Shown: positions 37,579-48,586, counted from the first letter of the stretch. The stretch: DNA of 64,000 bases from Paucimonas sp. (GCA_031253995.1 JAIRVG010000012.1:10700-74699); one strand, 5' to 3'. Made by a program: numbers and translations. The notes: generated by a model not told the origin, from the sequence alone.

Positions 37579-38228
37579 TGCGCCTGCTTCTCCGCCGCAT
37601 CCTCGGTGACCGTCTTGGCCTTGGCGACTTCGCCGGCCCAGTTGTCGATGGTCTTGTCGAGGTCGTTGCCGTTGCGCTGCATGGCGTCGGCGAACTGGTC
37701 GCGGAACAGCTTGCCGATGTTGATGCCGTTGACGATCACGTTACGCACCTTCCACTCGCCCTGAAGCTTCTGCAGGGTGTAGGACACCGGGTAGACCGCG
37801 CCATTGGTGCCGGTGACCTTCATGCCGACGGTGGCGCGATCACCGTCCTCGGCCTTGGCCGGGTCGACGGTGATGCCCTGGTTGTTGTACTCCAGCAGGG
37901 CATTGCCATAGAACTGCATCAGGCTGCGCTTGAAGTTTTCCTGGAAGCGCTGCATCTGGTCAGGCGAGGCCTGGCGCGAGTATTTCACGGTCATGATGCT
38001 CTTGGAGATGCCGTCGGCATCAACCACCGGACCCAGGATGTTGTTCAGCGCATCGTAGAACTGCCCTGGATTGGCCTTGTACTGCTCCTTGTTCGCCTTG
38101 AGGTCGTTGAGCAGCTGGGTGGTGGTGCCCTGAATCACGTCATGGGCCGATTGGCCCGGTGCCGCCTGGGCCAGCATCGGCAGGGCCGCCAGCAGTACCA
38201 GCAGGCCGCGTCGCAGGATGGAAATCAT
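37575..38228 (-). CDS. mlaC: Periplasmic phospholipid-binding protein MlaC (Ttg2D)
   Basis: Signal peptide; WKVRNVIVNGI..GKLFRDQF motif. Confidence 0.92.
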   Translation of the reverse strand: MISILRRGLLVLLAALPMLAQAAPGQSAHDVIQGTTTQLLNDLKANKEQYKANPGQFYDALNNILGPVVDADGISKSIMTVKYSRQASPDQMQRFQENFKRSLMQFYGNALLEYNNQGITVDPAKAEDGDRATVGMKVTGTNGAVYPVSYTLQKLQGEWKVRNVIVNGINIGKLFRDQFADAMQRNGNDLDKTIDNWAGEVAKAKTVTEDAAEKQAQ

Positions 38229-38237
38229 GGAAACTCC

Positions 38238-38705
38238 TTATTTAGCTTCTTTGCCTACGGTATTGAGCAGGAACTTGCCAATCAGATCTTCCAGTACCAG
38301 CGCCGACTGGGTGTCATGGATGGTCCCGCCATCCTTGAGCACGCTGTCTTCACCGCCGACGCTGAGGCCGATGTACTTCTCGCCGAGCAACCCGGCGGTC
38401 AGGATCGATGCAGTGGAGTCGGAGGGCAGGTTGTCCACGCTCTTGTCCAGTTGCAGGGTCACCCGACCGGTGTAGGTATCGCGGTCCAGATCGATGGCAG
38501 TGACCTTGCCGATGGTTACACCAGCCATGGTCACTTTTGCTCTGACAGTCAAACCGGCGATATTGTCGAAGTTCGCATAAAGTTTATAGGTATCGCTGCT
38601 GGGGCTGGCGGACAGGCCACTGACGCGCAGGGCCAGCAGGATCAGCGCCAGGATCCCGGCCAGGAGGAACAGGCCGACACCGATTTCCAGGGTGCGGTTT
38701 TGCAT
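38238..38705 (-). CDS. mlaD: MCE protein MlaD (Ttg2C)
   Basis: FDNIAGL...V..AGV.IG.V and ILTAGLLGEKYI motifs. Confidence 0.94.
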   Translation of the reverse strand: MQNRTLEIGVGLFLLAGILALILLALRVSGLSASPSSDTYKLYANFDNIAGLTVRAKVTMAGVTIGKVTAIDLDRDTYTGRVTLQLDKSVDNLPSDSTASILTAGLLGEKYIGLSVGGEDSVLKDGGTIHDTQSALVLEDLIGKFLLNTVGKEAK

Positions 38706-39502
38706 CAGAAATCTCCAAACATCAGGGCGGTCAAAATGAAGTCCAGGCCAAGGACTGCCAGCGAGGCATAGACCACGGTCCTGGTGGTGGCTCGACTGAT
38801 CCCCTCTGAGGTGGGCTCGCAATCATAGCCTTGAAATACGGCGATCCAGGTCACGACAAAGGCGAAGACAACGCTCTTGATGACACCATTGAGCACGTCG
38901 TCGGTGAAGGACACGCTGTTCTGCATGTTGGCCCAGAACGAGCCTTCGTAGACCCCCAGCCAGTCGACCGCGACCCATGAGCCGCCCCAGATGCCGACGA
39001 CACTGAAGATCATCGCCAGCAGCGGCAGGGAGATGAAGCCGGCCCAAAGCCGCGGCGCGACGATGTACTTGAGCGGGTCGACCCCGATCATTTCCAGGCT
39101 GGACAATTGCTCGGTGGATTTCATGTTGCCGATCTCGGCGGTCAGCGCCGAACCGGCACGCCCGGCGAACAGCAGCGCGGTCACCACCGGCCCCAGCTCG
39201 CGCAGCAGCGTCAGGGCGACCATCTGCCCCACCGCCTGCTCGGAACCGTACTTGGTCAGGATGCTGAAGCCCTGCAGGGCCAGGACCATGCCGATGAAGA
39301 TGCCGGAAACGACGATGATCGCCAGCGACAGCACGCCCACCGAGTACAGCTGGCGCACCAGCAGCTGGAAGCCGCCGCCGATACCGCCGCGACCCACCAG
39401 GGCATGCATCAGGAACAGGCAGGAACGTCCCATGACCGCGACCACGTCGATGGCCGAACGGCCGAAACGGCGGATACGTTCGAGTAAGGATTTTCTGCGC
39501 AT
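38705..39502 (-). CDS. mlaE: ABC permease MlaE (Ttg2B)
   Basis: [20 protein letters not shown] and EGISRATT motifs. Confidence 0.95.
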   Translation of the reverse strand: MRRKSLLERIRRFGRSAIDVVAVMGRSCLFLMHALVGRGGIGGGFQLLVRQLYSVGVLSLAIIVVSGIFIGMVLALQGFSILTKYGSEQAVGQMVALTLLRELGPVVTALLFAGRAGSALTAEIGNMKSTEQLSSLEMIGVDPLKYIVAPRLWAGFISLPLLAMIFSVVGIWGGSWVAVDWLGVYEGSFWANMQNSVSFTDDVLNGVIKSVVFAFVVTWIAVFQGYDCEPTSEGISRATTRTVVYASLAVLGLDFILTALMFGDF

Positions 39503-40312
39503 CTAACGCTTCCCCAGCAGATCGGCGCGGTAGTCAGGCGCAGGAAAATGGAAAGGCACCGGTCCGTCCGGGTCGCCCTTCATGAATTGGCGGATGCGCG
39601 GGTTGTCCGAGTCCATCAGTTCCGCCGGCGTGCCCTGACCAAGCACCTGGCCGTCGCCGACGACATAAATGTAGTCGGCGATGCTGGCGGTTTCCGCCAG
39701 GTCGTGGGACACCACGATGCTGGTGATGCCGAGGGCGTCGTTGAGCAGGCGGATCAGGCGCACCAGCACGCCCATGGCGATGGGGTCCTGACCGACGAAC
39801 GGCTCGTCGTACATGAGGATCTGCGGGTCCAGGGCGATCGCCCGGGCCAGGGCCACGCGGCGCTTCATGCCGCCGGAGAGCTCGTCCGGCATCAGCTCGA
39901 TGGCGCCCCGCAGGCCCACGGCCTGGAGCTTCATCAGGACGATGTCGCGGATCATTTCCTCGGAAAGCTTGGTGTGCACCCGCAGCGGGAAAGCGACGTT
40001 CTCGAACACGTCGAGGTCGGTGAACAGCGCCCCACTCTGGAACAGCACGCCCATCTGCTTGCGGGCATCGAACAGATCGCTGCGCGAGAGGGTCGGCAGG
40101 TTCTGCCCGGCGACCCAGACCTCGCCGCTGGCCGGTCGCAGCTGTGCGCCCATCAGGCGCAGCAGCGTGGTCTTGCCACAGCCGGAAGGCCCCATGATGC
40201 CGGTGACCTTGCCCTTGGGAATGCGTATGTCGACATTATTGAAGATGCTGCGCGAACCGCGTTTGAAGGTGACACCCTTCAACTCGACCGCGTAGGCGTT
40301 ATCAACGCTCAT
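39503..40312 (-). CDS. mlaF: ABC ATPase MlaF (Ttg2A)
   Basis: GPSGCGKT, LSGGMKRR and YDEPF motifs. Confidence 0.95.
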   Translation of the reverse strand: MSVDNAYAVELKGVTFKRGSRSIFNNVDIRIPKGKVTGIMGPSGCGKTTLLRLMGAQLRPASGEVWVAGQNLPTLSRSDLFDARKQMGVLFQSGALFTDLDVFENVAFPLRVHTKLSEEMIRDIVLMKLQAVGLRGAIELMPDELSGGMKRRVALARAIALDPQILMYDEPFVGQDPIAMGVLVRLIRLLNDALGITSIVVSHDLAETASIADYIYVVGDGQVLGQGTPAELMDSDNPRIRQFMKGDPDGPVPFHFPAPDYRADLLGKR

Positions 40313-40603
40313 CTAGACTCCTTGCGATGCAGCCTTGTCGCTCTGACGCACGCCCCCTTCGTGGAGACACGCAACTATCGAGCGGGCCGAACTGGTGGCG
40401 AACTATAGCACCGCTGGCAAGCCCTTCCCAAGGCCATCGCGCGGCCGGTTCAGGCCCTGTACAGGCATTTTCCTGCCACCTGGCAAGGGAACCGCGCCGT
40501 GACAAAACGCTCGAATGGGCTGCCTGCGGCCAATCCGCAGGTGAGGCTTTCGCGCATTACCGCTATAATCGCGACCTTTTCATCAGGCAAACCGATTTCC
40601 GAC

Positions 40604-41578
40604 ATGAGCCAATCCACCGACCTGATCCAATCCGCACAACGCACCATCCGCTTCGAGATCGAAGCGGTAGAAGGCCTGCTGGCCCATATCGACGCCGATT
40701 TCGTCAAGGCGTGCGAATTGATCCTGGGCAGCAAGGGCCGCGTCGTCGTGGTAGGCATGGGCAAATCCGGGCACATCGGCAACAAGATCGCCGCGACCCT
40801 GGCCAGCACCGGAACCCCGGCATTCTTCGTCCACCCTGCCGAGGCCAGCCACGGCGACATGGGCATGATCACCCGGGACGACATCATCCTGGCACTGTCC
40901 AACTCCGGCTCCACCGCCGAGATCGTCACCCTGCTGCCGCTGATCAAGCGCCTGGGCATCAAGCTCATCAGCCTCACCGGCAACCCCGAGTCGCCGCTGG
41001 CCAAGGCCGCCGAGGTCAACCTCGACGCCCGCGTGGCCCAGGAAGCCTGTCCGCTGAACCTGGCGCCGACCTCCTCGACCACCGCCGCACTGGTACTGGG
41101 CGACGCCCTGGCCATCGCCCTGCTCGAAGCCCGCGGCTTCACCGCCGAGGACTTCGCCTTCTCGCACCCGGGCGGTGCCCTGGGCCGCCGCCTGCTGCTG
41201 AAGGTGGAAAACGTCATGCACGCCGGCGACGAGCTGCCGCAGGTGCAACGCGGCACCCTGCTCAAGGACGCGCTGCTGGAGATGTCGCGCAAGGGCCTGG
41301 GCATGACCGTGGTGGCCGAGGCCGACGGCAGCCTGGCCGGGATCTTCACCGACGGCGACCTGCGCCGCAGCCTCGACCGCAACATCGATGTGCACAAGAC
41401 CCTGATCGAAGAGGTCATGACCGTCCACGGCAAGACCGCCCGCGCCGAGATGCTCGCCGCCGAGGCCCTGAAGATCATGGAAGACCACAAGATCAGCGCG
41501 CTGGTGGTCGTCGACAAGGCTGACCGTCCGGTCGGCGCCTTGAACATGCACGACCTGCTGCGCGCCGGAGTGATGTGA
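40604..41578 (+). CDS. kdsD: Arabinose-5-phosphate isomerase
   Basis: SIS domain (GMGKSGHI, EASHGDMG) plus two CBS domains. A TATAAT occurs at 40564-40569. Confidence 0.95.
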   Translation: MSQSTDLIQSAQRTIRFEIEAVEGLLAHIDADFVKACELILGSKGRVVVVGMGKSGHIGNKIAATLASTGTPAFFVHPAEASHGDMGMITRDDIILALSNSGSTAEIVTLLPLIKRLGIKLISLTGNPESPLAKAAEVNLDARVAQEACPLNLAPTSSTTAALVLGDALAIALLEARGFTAEDFAFSHPGGALGRRLLLKVENVMHAGDELPQVQRGTLLKDALLEMSRKGLGMTVVAEADGSLAGIFTDGDLRRSLDRNIDVHKTLIEEVMTVHGKTARAEMLAAEALKIMEDHKISALVVVDKADRPVGALNMHDLLRAGVM

Positions 41579-42099
41579 TGAATACCCTGTTGCAACGCGG
41601 CAAAGCCATCAAGCTGGCAGTCTTCGACGTCGACGGCGTGCTCACCGACGGCCGCCTCTACTTCCTCGAAGACGGCAGCGAATTCAAGACCTTCAACACC
41701 CTCGACGGCCAGGGCATCAAGATGCTGATGAACTCCGGGGTGACCACGGCGATCATCAGCGGACGCAAGACCCCGGTGGTCGAGCGCCGGGCGAAGAACC
41801 TCGGCATCCCGCACCTGTACCAGGGCCGCGAGGACAAACTGGTGGTGCTGGACGAGCTTCTCGGCCAGCTCGGCCTAAGCTATGAGGAAGTCGCCTACCT
41901 GGGCGACGACCTGCCCGACCTGCCGGTGATTCGCCGGGTCGGCCTGGGCATGGCGGTGGCCAATGCCGCGGCGTTCCTCCGCGAGCACGCCCACGGCGTC
42001 ACCCAGGCCCGCGGCGGCGAAGGCGCGGCACGTGAATTCTGCGAACTGATCCTGCAAGCCCAGGGCAACCTGGAAGCAGCAAACGCCCACTACCTGTAG
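41578..42099 (+). CDS. kdsC: KDO 8-phosphate phosphatase
   Basis: FDVDGVLTDG HAD motif, GDDLPD and GGEGAARE; TGATG overlap with kdsD. Confidence 0.95.
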   Translation: MNTLLQRGKAIKLAVFDVDGVLTDGRLYFLEDGSEFKTFNTLDGQGIKMLMNSGVTTAIISGRKTPVVERRAKNLGIPHLYQGREDKLVVLDELLGQLGLSYEEVAYLGDDLPDLPVIRRVGLGMAVANAAAFLREHAHGVTQARGGEGAAREFCELILQAQGNLEAANAHYL

Positions 42100-42107
42100 A
42101 GCACGTC

Positions 42108-42680
42108 ATGTTCAGCAAGAAGATTCGCAATATTGCGCTGTTCAGCGTGATCGCCGCGCTTTTCGCGGCGATCGGCTACTGGAACATCGTACCCGAGCGC
42201 TTCCTCGACCAGCCGGCCGTGCAGGTCGACGAAAGTGCCATCGACTACTACGCGATCAATGCCCACAGTGTGCAGTTCCTGCCCGACGGCAAGTTGCAGT
42301 ACGAAATGACCGCGGACAAGGTCGAGCACCTCAAGGCCAGCGAAGTCACCCTGCTGACCAAGCCGGACCTGCAGATGTACCGCGGCACCACCTTCCCCTG
42401 GCACGTGCAGAGCGAGCGCGGCGAGGTCAACCCGGACGGCACCGAGGTAGAGCTGATCGACTCCGTGCGGGTGGCCCGCACCGACGAGCAGAATCGCACC
42501 ACCATCATCACTTCCAGTCGCATGACGGTATTCCCGCAGAAGCAATATGCGCAAACCGAGCAAGACGTTAGAATCGACGGCGCCGGTGGCGTGACTACGG
42601 GCAAGGGAATGAAAGCGTATTTGAAAGACGGCAGGATGGACCTGCTGTCCAACGTAAGAGGACAGTATGAGGCTCGTTAA
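42108..42680 (+). CDS. lptC: LPS export protein LptC
   Basis: Single N-terminal TM followed by a beta-jellyroll; position after kdsC. Confidence 0.88.
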   Translation: MFSKKIRNIALFSVIAALFAAIGYWNIVPERFLDQPAVQVDESAIDYYAINAHSVQFLPDGKLQYEMTADKVEHLKASEVTLLTKPDLQMYRGTTFPWHVQSERGEVNPDGTEVELIDSVRVARTDEQNRTTIITSSRMTVFPQKQYAQTEQDVRIDGAGGVTTGKGMKAYLKDGRMDLLSNVRGQYEAR

Positions 42681-43194
42681 AACCCTCCCTTATTTGCTCA
42701 GCCTGAGCGCGGCACTGGGAAGCGCGAGCGCTTGGTCCCTGCCCAACGATCGTGAGCAGCCTGTCCGCATCCAGGCCGACAGCGCCCAGATGGACGACAA
42801 GAACAAGGTCGCCACCTACACGGGCGACGTGATCATCACCCAGGGCTCGATGATGATCAAAGGCAATGTCGTGACCGTGACCCTGAATCAGGCCGGCGAC
42901 ATCGACACCGCCACCTCGGTGGGCAACCTGGCCTATTTCGAGCAGCAACAGGATGCCGCCAAGCCGGACAAGATGCAGGGCTATGCCAAGCAGATCCAGT
43001 ACCAGGCCGGCAAGGACCTGATCATCCTCACCGACCAGGCCCGGGTGATCAACGCAGGCAATACCACCGAAGGCGAGAAGATCGTCTACAACTCGAAGAC
43101 CCAGGTCGCTACCGCCGGTCGTGGCGGCAAAGACATCAAGACGCCACGTCAACGTATCGACATGGTGATCCAGCCGAAGAAGAAGGCCGAGTAA
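42667..43194 (+). CDS. lptA: LPS transport periplasmic protein LptA
   Basis: Signal peptide; [14 protein letters not shown] and [11 protein letters not shown] motifs. Confidence 0.92.
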   Translation: MRLVKTLPYLLSLSAALGSASAWSLPNDREQPVRIQADSAQMDDKNKVATYTGDVIITQGSMMIKGNVVTVTLNQAGDIDTATSVGNLAYFEQQQDAAKPDKMQGYAKQIQYQAGKDLIILTDQARVINAGNTTEGEKIVYNSKTQVATAGRGGKDIKTPRQRIDMVIQPKKKAE

Positions 43195-43919
43195 TGGCAA
43201 CCCTGAAAGCCCAGCACCTGGCCAAGAGCTACAAGAGCCGGCAAGTCGTGCGTGACGTCAGCCTGTCCATCGACAGCGGCCAGATCGTCGGCCTGCTTGG
43301 CCCCAACGGCGCGGGCAAGACCACCTGCTTCTACATGATCGTCGGCCTGGTCCAGGCCGACCAGGGCCGCGTACTGATCGACGACCTGGACGTCAGCCAC
43401 CAGCCAATGCACGGGCGCGCCCGTGCCGGCATCGGCTACCTGCCCCAGGAAGCCTCGATCTTCCGCAAGCTGTCGGTAGCCAACAACATCATGGCGATCC
43501 TGGAAACCCGCAAGGACCTGGACAGCGACGGCCGGCGCAAGGAGCTGGAAAGCCTGCTGCAGGAATTCCACATCAGCCACATCCGCGACAACCTCGGCAT
43601 GAGCCTGTCCGGCGGCGAGCGTCGTCGCGTGGAAATCGCCCGGGCCCTGGCCACCGCGCCCAAGTTCATCCTGCTCGACGAACCCTTTGCCGGTGTCGAC
43701 CCGATCTCGGTCGGCGACATCAAGCAGATCATCCACCACCTGAAGGCCAAGGGCATCGGCGTGCTGATCACCGACCACAACGTCCGTGAAACCCTGGATA
43801 TCTGCGAAACCGCTTACATCGTCAACGATGGCCAGCTGATCGCCGAAGGCGATGCCGAGACCATCCTGGCCAACCAGTTGGTGAAAGAGGTGTACCTCGG
43901 CCACGAGTTCCGCCTGTAG
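43194..43919 (+). CDS. lptB: LPS export ABC ATPase LptB
   Basis: [22 protein letters not shown] and [10 protein letters not shown] motifs. Confidence 0.97.
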   Translation: MATLKAQHLAKSYKSRQVVRDVSLSIDSGQIVGLLGPNGAGKTTCFYMIVGLVQADQGRVLIDDLDVSHQPMHGRARAGIGYLPQEASIFRKLSVANNIMAILETRKDLDSDGRRKELESLLQEFHISHIRDNLGMSLSGGERRRVEIARALATAPKFILLDEPFAGVDPISVGDIKQIIHHLKAKGIGVLITDHNVRETLDICETAYIVNDGQLIAEGDAETILANQLVKEVYLGHEFRL

Positions 43920-44005
43920 GTCGACGTACCGGAGTGACCGAGCGCTGGCATTCAGCCATTAATCCGGCTTAATTGTTACAGCGCTCTAGGCAAACGCATC
44001 AATTT

Positions 44006-44022
44006 CAGGCATATATCTTGCT
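44006..44022 (+). promoter_or_regulatory. Sigma54 -24/-12 site upstream of rpoN (autoregulation candidate)
   Basis: CAGGCATATATCTTGCT with exact GG-N10-GC spacing. Confidence 0.6.
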
Positions 44023-44096
44023 TAAAATTGGCGCCCAGCGCCCCCTGGTAGTAGATGGCGCATGCGCGCCGGCGAATAAGGTGTAAAGCCCCAGCC

Positions 44097-45590
44097 ATGA
44101 AACCATCGCTCGTCCTAAGAATGGGCCAGCAACTGACGATGACCCCGCAGTTGCAACAGGCCATCCGACTGCTCCAGCTCTCCACGCTGGACCTGCAGCA
44201 GGAGATCCAGGAAGCCCTGGAGTCGAACCCGATGCTCGAACGCCAGGAAGAAGGCGACGACTTCGACAACAGCGACCCCATGGCCGACAACGCCGAGAGC
44301 AAGCCGGTCGCGGAAGCGCAGGAGAGCAGCTTCGAGCAATCCGTCCCCACGGCGGAAAACCTCGAAGAAGGCGAATGGAACGAGCGCATCCCCAACGAAC
44401 TGCCGGTGGACACCGCCTGGGAAGACATCTACCAGACCAGCGCCAGCAGCCTGCCCAGCAACGACGATGACGAGTGGGACTTCACCACCCGCACCTCGGC
44501 GGGCGAGAGCCTGCAGAGCCACCTGCTCTGGCAGCTGAACCTGGCGCCGATGTCGGACACCGATCGCCTGATCGCCGTGACCCTGATCGACTGCATCAAC
44601 AACCAGGGCTACCTCGACGAAACCCTCGAAGAAATCTGCGAGTCCTTCGACCCCGAGCTCGACATCGAGCTGGACGAGGTCGAGGCCGTCCTGCACCGCA
44701 TCCAGCAGTTCGAGCCCGCCGGCATCGGCGCGCGCAACCTCGGCGAATGCCTGCTGCTGCAACTGCGCCAGCTGCCGCCCAACACACCCTGGATGAGCGA
44801 AGCGCAGCGCCTGGTCAGTGACTACATCGACCTGCTGGGTAGCCGCGACTACAGCCAGCTGATGCGCCGCATGAAGCTCAAGGAAGACGAGCTGCGCCAG
44901 GTCATCGAGCTGGTGCAGAGCCTGAATCCGCGCCCTGGCTCGCAGATCGAGTCGAGCGAGCCGGAATACGTGGTCCCCGACGTCATCGTGCGCAAGGACA
45001 ACGAACGCTGGCTGGTGGAACTGAACCAGGAAGCGGTCCCGCGCCTGCGGGTCAACCCGCAGTACGCCGGCTTCGTGCGCCGCGCCGACACCAGCGCCGA
45101 CAACACCGTCATGCGCAACCAGTTGCAGGAAGCGCGCTGGTTCATCAAGAGCCTGCAGAGCCGCAACGAGACGCTGATGAAGGTGGCGACCCAGATCGTC
45201 GAGCACCAGCGCGGCTTCCTCGACCACGGCGACGAAGCCATGAAGCCGCTGGTCCTGCACGACATCGCCGAGGCGGTGGGCATGCACGAATCGACCATTT
45301 CCCGGGTCACCACGCAGAAATACATGCACACGCCCCGCGGAATCTATGAGCTGAAGTACTTTTTCTCCAGCCATGTGAGCACCTCCGAAGGGGGGGAATG
45401 CTCCTCCACCGCCATCCGCGCGATCATCAAGAAACTGGTTGCTGCGGAAAATCAGAAAAAGCCATTGAGTGACAGCAAGATCGCTGGTTTACTGGAGGCA
45501 CAAGGCATCCAGGTAGCACGTCGCACCGTCGCCAAGTACCGCGAGTCCCTCGGCATCGCACCATCGAGTGAACGCAAGCGATTGATGTGA
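44097..45590 (+). CDS. rpoN: RNA polymerase sigma-54 factor
   Basis: Gln/Leu-rich region I ([11 protein letters not shown]); RpoN box ARRTVAKYR. Confidence 0.98.
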   Translation: MKPSLVLRMGQQLTMTPQLQQAIRLLQLSTLDLQQEIQEALESNPMLERQEEGDDFDNSDPMADNAESKPVAEAQESSFEQSVPTAENLEEGEWNERIPNELPVDTAWEDIYQTSASSLPSNDDDEWDFTTRTSAGESLQSHLLWQLNLAPMSDTDRLIAVTLIDCINNQGYLDETLEEICESFDPELDIELDEVEAVLHRIQQFEPAGIGARNLGECLLLQLRQLPPNTPWMSEAQRLVSDYIDLLGSRDYSQLMRRMKLKEDELRQVIELVQSLNPRPGSQIESSEPEYVVPDVIVRKDNERWLVELNQEAVPRLRVNPQYAGFVRRADTSADNTVMRNQLQEARWFIKSLQSRNETLMKVATQIVEHQRGFLDHGDEAMKPLVLHDIAEAVGMHESTISRVTTQKYMHTPRGIYELKYFFSSHVSTSEGGECSSTAIRAIIKKLVAAENQKKPLSDSKIAGLLEAQGIQVARRTVAKYRESLGIAPSSERKRLM

Positions 45591-45671
45591 CCTTCCCTGA
45601 GGTGTGCCATCGCAATTCAGTGGCAGGCGCAACACCTGCCTCTTTATGCACGGCAACAAAGGAGAAGCAGT

Positions 45672-45980
45672 ATGCAAGTCAACATCAGTGGACAACATGT
45701 AGAAGTCACCGAAGCCCTGCGTACCTACATCGGGGAAAAGCTCGACCGGCTCTCGCGCCACTATGACCGCATCACCAATGTGCAGGTGATCCTCAAGGTC
45801 GAGAAGTTGCAGCAGAAGGTCGAGGCGACCTTGCAGATTCCCGGTGGTGAAGTGGTAGCGAACGCAGAGCACGAAGACATGTATGCCGCCATCGACCTCC
45901 TGGCCGACAAGCTCGACCGCCAACTGAAAAAACACAAGGAAAAACAGCAAAGCCTGCTGCAAGGTGCAGCTGCCCGCTGA
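45672..45980 (+). CDS. hpf: Ribosome hibernation promoting factor
   Basis: MQVNISGQHVEVT and DMYAAID motifs; 102 aa. Confidence 0.95.
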   Translation: MQVNISGQHVEVTEALRTYIGEKLDRLSRHYDRITNVQVILKVEKLQQKVEATLQIPGGEVVANAEHEDMYAAIDLLADKLDRQLKKHKEKQQSLLQGAAAR

Positions 45981-45992
45981 TCCCCCTCATCC

Positions 45993-46457
45993 ATGATCCG
46001 ACTTGAATCCATCCTGACCCCCGGCCGTTCCCTCGTGAACGTGCCGGGCGGCAGTAAAAAGCGCGTACTCGAACAGATCGCCAACCTGATCGGGAAGGAA
46101 GTTCCCGAACTGGACACCCAGGACGTGTTCAAAAGCCTGATCGACCGGGAGAAACTCGGCTCGACGGGCTTCGGCAATGGCATCGCCATTCCGCACTGCC
46201 GCCTCAAGGGTTGCACCAGTCCGATCAGCGCCCTGCTGCACCTGGACGCGCCCATCGATTTCGACGCCATCGACGGCGCACCGGTAGACCTGCTGTTCGT
46301 CCTGCTGGTACCGGAAGCCGCCACCGATGCACACCTCGAACTGCTCCGCCAGATTGCCAGCATGCTCGACCGCAAGGACGTGCGTGACAAGCTGCGCTCC
46401 GCCGACAGCAGCGCCGCCCTGTACCAGGTCGTCCTGGACGAACAGAGCGGAAGCTGA
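45993..46457 (+). CDS. ptsN: PTS EIIA(Ntr)
   Basis: REKLGSTGFGNGIAIPH phospho-His motif. Confidence 0.96.
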   Translation: MIRLESILTPGRSLVNVPGGSKKRVLEQIANLIGKEVPELDTQDVFKSLIDREKLGSTGFGNGIAIPHCRLKGCTSPISALLHLDAPIDFDAIDGAPVDLLFVLLVPEAATDAHLELLRQIASMLDRKDVRDKLRSADSSAALYQVVLDEQSGS

Positions 46458-46460
46458 GCC

Positions 46461-47315
46461 ATGCGCCTGATCATTGTCAGTGGTCGTTCCGGATCCGGAA
46501 AAAGCACGGCCCTCGATGTCCTGGAAGACAATGGTTTCTACTGTATCGACAACCTCCCCGCCGGCCTGCTTCCGCAGTTGGCGGAGAGTGCCCTGATCAA
46601 TACGGAATTGCTGCAACCGCGGGTGGCGGTGTCGATCGACGCGCGCAACCTGCCCAGCCACCTGACGCGTTTCCCCGAACTGCTCGATGAAGCCCGCGCC
46701 CGTCACATCCAGTGCGATGTGCTGTACCTGGACGCCGACGAGGAAACCCTGCTCAAGCGTTTTTCCGAAACCCGCCGTCGTCACCCGCTGACCAACCCGG
46801 ACCGTTCCCTGGCCGAGGCGATCCGGGTCGAGAGCGAATTGCTCGGGCCCATCGCCGACCTGGCAGACCTGAAGATCGATACCACCAACCTGAACCTCTA
46901 CCAGTTGCGTGATTCGATCAAGCTGCGCCTGCTCAACCAGCCGGAGCCCGGCACGGCGTTCCTCATCGAATCCTTCGGTTTCAAGCGCGGCATGCCCGTG
47001 GACGCCGACGTGGTGTTCGACGTCCGCTGCCTGCCGAACCCCTACTGGAAACCGGAACTGCGCGAGCATTCCGGCCGGGATCAACCTGTCATCGACTACC
47101 TCGCCGCGCAGCCGGACGTCGAAGAGATGTTCCAGGACATCTCGTCCTACCTGCTGAAATGGTTGCCTCGCTTCGCCGCCAGCAACCGCGCCTATGTCAC
47201 CATTGCCATCGGCTGCACGGGTGGTCACCATCGCTCCGTCTACCTGACCGAACGCCTGGGCCAGTTGCTGCAACCCATATTGAAGAACGTCCAGGTCCGC
47301 CACCGCGACCTCTAG
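46461..47315 (+). CDS. rapZ: RNase adaptor / P-loop protein RapZ
   Basis: [20 protein letters not shown] and [10 protein letters not shown] motifs. Confidence 0.96.
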   Translation: MRLIIVSGRSGSGKSTALDVLEDNGFYCIDNLPAGLLPQLAESALINTELLQPRVAVSIDARNLPSHLTRFPELLDEARARHIQCDVLYLDADEETLLKRFSETRRRHPLTNPDRSLAEAIRVESELLGPIADLADLKIDTTNLNLYQLRDSIKLRLLNQPEPGTAFLIESFGFKRGMPVDADVVFDVRCLPNPYWKPELREHSGRDQPVIDYLAAQPDVEEMFQDISSYLLKWLPRFAASNRAYVTIAIGCTGGHHRSVYLTERLGQLLQPILKNVQVRHRDL

Positions 47316-47335
47316 TCCACAGGATCCCCTCCGCG

Positions 47336-47608
47336 ATGCCCGCCAAACAGATCGAGATCATCAACAAGCTGGGGCTGCACGCCCGCGCCGCCGCCAAATT
47401 CGTCGGCGTGGCCGGCAAGTTTCCCTGCGCGGTCAAGGTTGGGCGAGCGCCGGACAAGCTGGTGGATGGCAAGAGCATCATGGCGGTGATGATGCTGGCG
47501 GCCGGCAAGGGCACCCAGGTGCATCTGCTGACCGAGGGAGAAGAGGACCAGGCCGCGCTGGACGCGCTGATCGAGCTGATCAACAACCGGTTTGACGAAG
47601 GCGAGTAA
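47336..47608 (+). CDS. ptsO: Phosphocarrier protein NPr
   Basis: GLHARAAAKFV and GKSIMAVMML motifs; last gene of the rpoN operon. Confidence 0.94.
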   Translation: MPAKQIEIINKLGLHARAAAKFVGVAGKFPCAVKVGRAPDKLVDGKSIMAVMMLAAGKGTQVHLLTEGEEDQAALDALIELINNRFDEGE

Positions 47609-47621
47609 TCGACTCGTACCT

Positions 47622-47649
47622 TGTGGGAGGGGATTTACCCGCTCCCACA
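47622..47649. repeat. Collapsed REP hairpin (same family as 155-194)
   Basis: TGTGGGAG-GGGATTTACCCG-CTCCCACA between convergent genes. Confidence 0.7.
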
Positions 47650-47681
47650 GGTCCCAGCCAACTCAATGAGTGATGTGCTGG

Positions 47682-48575
47682 TCAGGACAGCGCCGTGTCC
47701 ATCACCATCATCAAGCAGAACCCTACGCACAGCCCCAGGCTCGCCAGGCGATGATGCCCGTTGGCCCGCGACTCCGGGATGATCTCCTGGGTCACCACCA
47801 GCAACATCGCCCCCGCCGCAAAGGCCAGGCCCAGCGGCAAGGCCAGTTCGGCCAGTTTCACCAGCCAGGCGCAGAGCACCGCTGCCGCCGGCTCCACCAG
47901 CCCCGACGCCGCGCCAATCAGGAACGCCTGGAAACGCGCCATCCCGGCGCCTGCCAGCACCAGGGCGATGACCAGCCCTTCCGGCACGTCCTGCAGGGCG
48001 ATACCCATCGCCAGGCTGTCCGCATCCGGCATGCCACCACCCGCCGACACACCGATGGCCATGCCTTCCGGAATGTTGTGGGCAATGATCGCGATGACGA
48101 ACACCCAGATCCGCGCCGGCACCACCGGCTGGCCGCCAGCGCACACCAGCGACTCCGGAGCGGCACCGGCGACCTTGCGGTCCACCAGGTACAGGCAGAA
48201 AGCACCGAACAACAGGCCGAAGCTGACCAGACCACCCGCGCCCCACTTGCCGAAGCCGACCGCCTGGGCAGCATCCAGCCCCGGAATGATCAGGGAAAAC
48301 GCCGTGGCCGCCAGCATCACGCCAGCACCAAAGCCCAGCAGGGAATCTGCCAGGGCCACCGGCATGTTGCGGATCACCAGCACCGGAACGGCACCCAACG
48401 CGGTGCCCAAGGCACACAAGGCCCCTCCCTCAAGCGCGCGCAACATGCGCGGTTCGAGGTCGAGCCAGGCGATGCCCTGGGCAACCAGCAACGCGGTGCC
48501 TACCAGCAACAGCAAGGTACCCAGGGCCAGACGGAACAAGCGCACACTGCCTATGGACAAGACATCCGAACGCAT
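47682..48575 (-). CDS. ZIP family divalent metal transporter
   Basis: TM4 HNIPEG, TM5 LQDVPEG and AAGAML...EIIPES motifs; starts 12 nt after the sodA stop. Confidence 0.9.
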   Translation of the reverse strand: MRSDVLSIGSVRLFRLALGTLLLLVGTALLVAQGIAWLDLEPRMLRALEGGALCALGTALGAVPVLVIRNMPVALADSLLGFGAGVMLAATAFSLIIPGLDAAQAVGFGKWGAGGLVSFGLLFGAFCLYLVDRKVAGAAPESLVCAGGQPVVPARIWVFVIAIIAHNIPEGMAIGVSAGGGMPDADSLAMGIALQDVPEGLVIALVLAGAGMARFQAFLIGAASGLVEPAAAVLCAWLVKLAELALPLGLAFAAGAMLLVVTQEIIPESRANGHHRLASLGLCVGFCLMMVMDTALS

Positions 48576-48586
48576 CCGTCTGTCAC

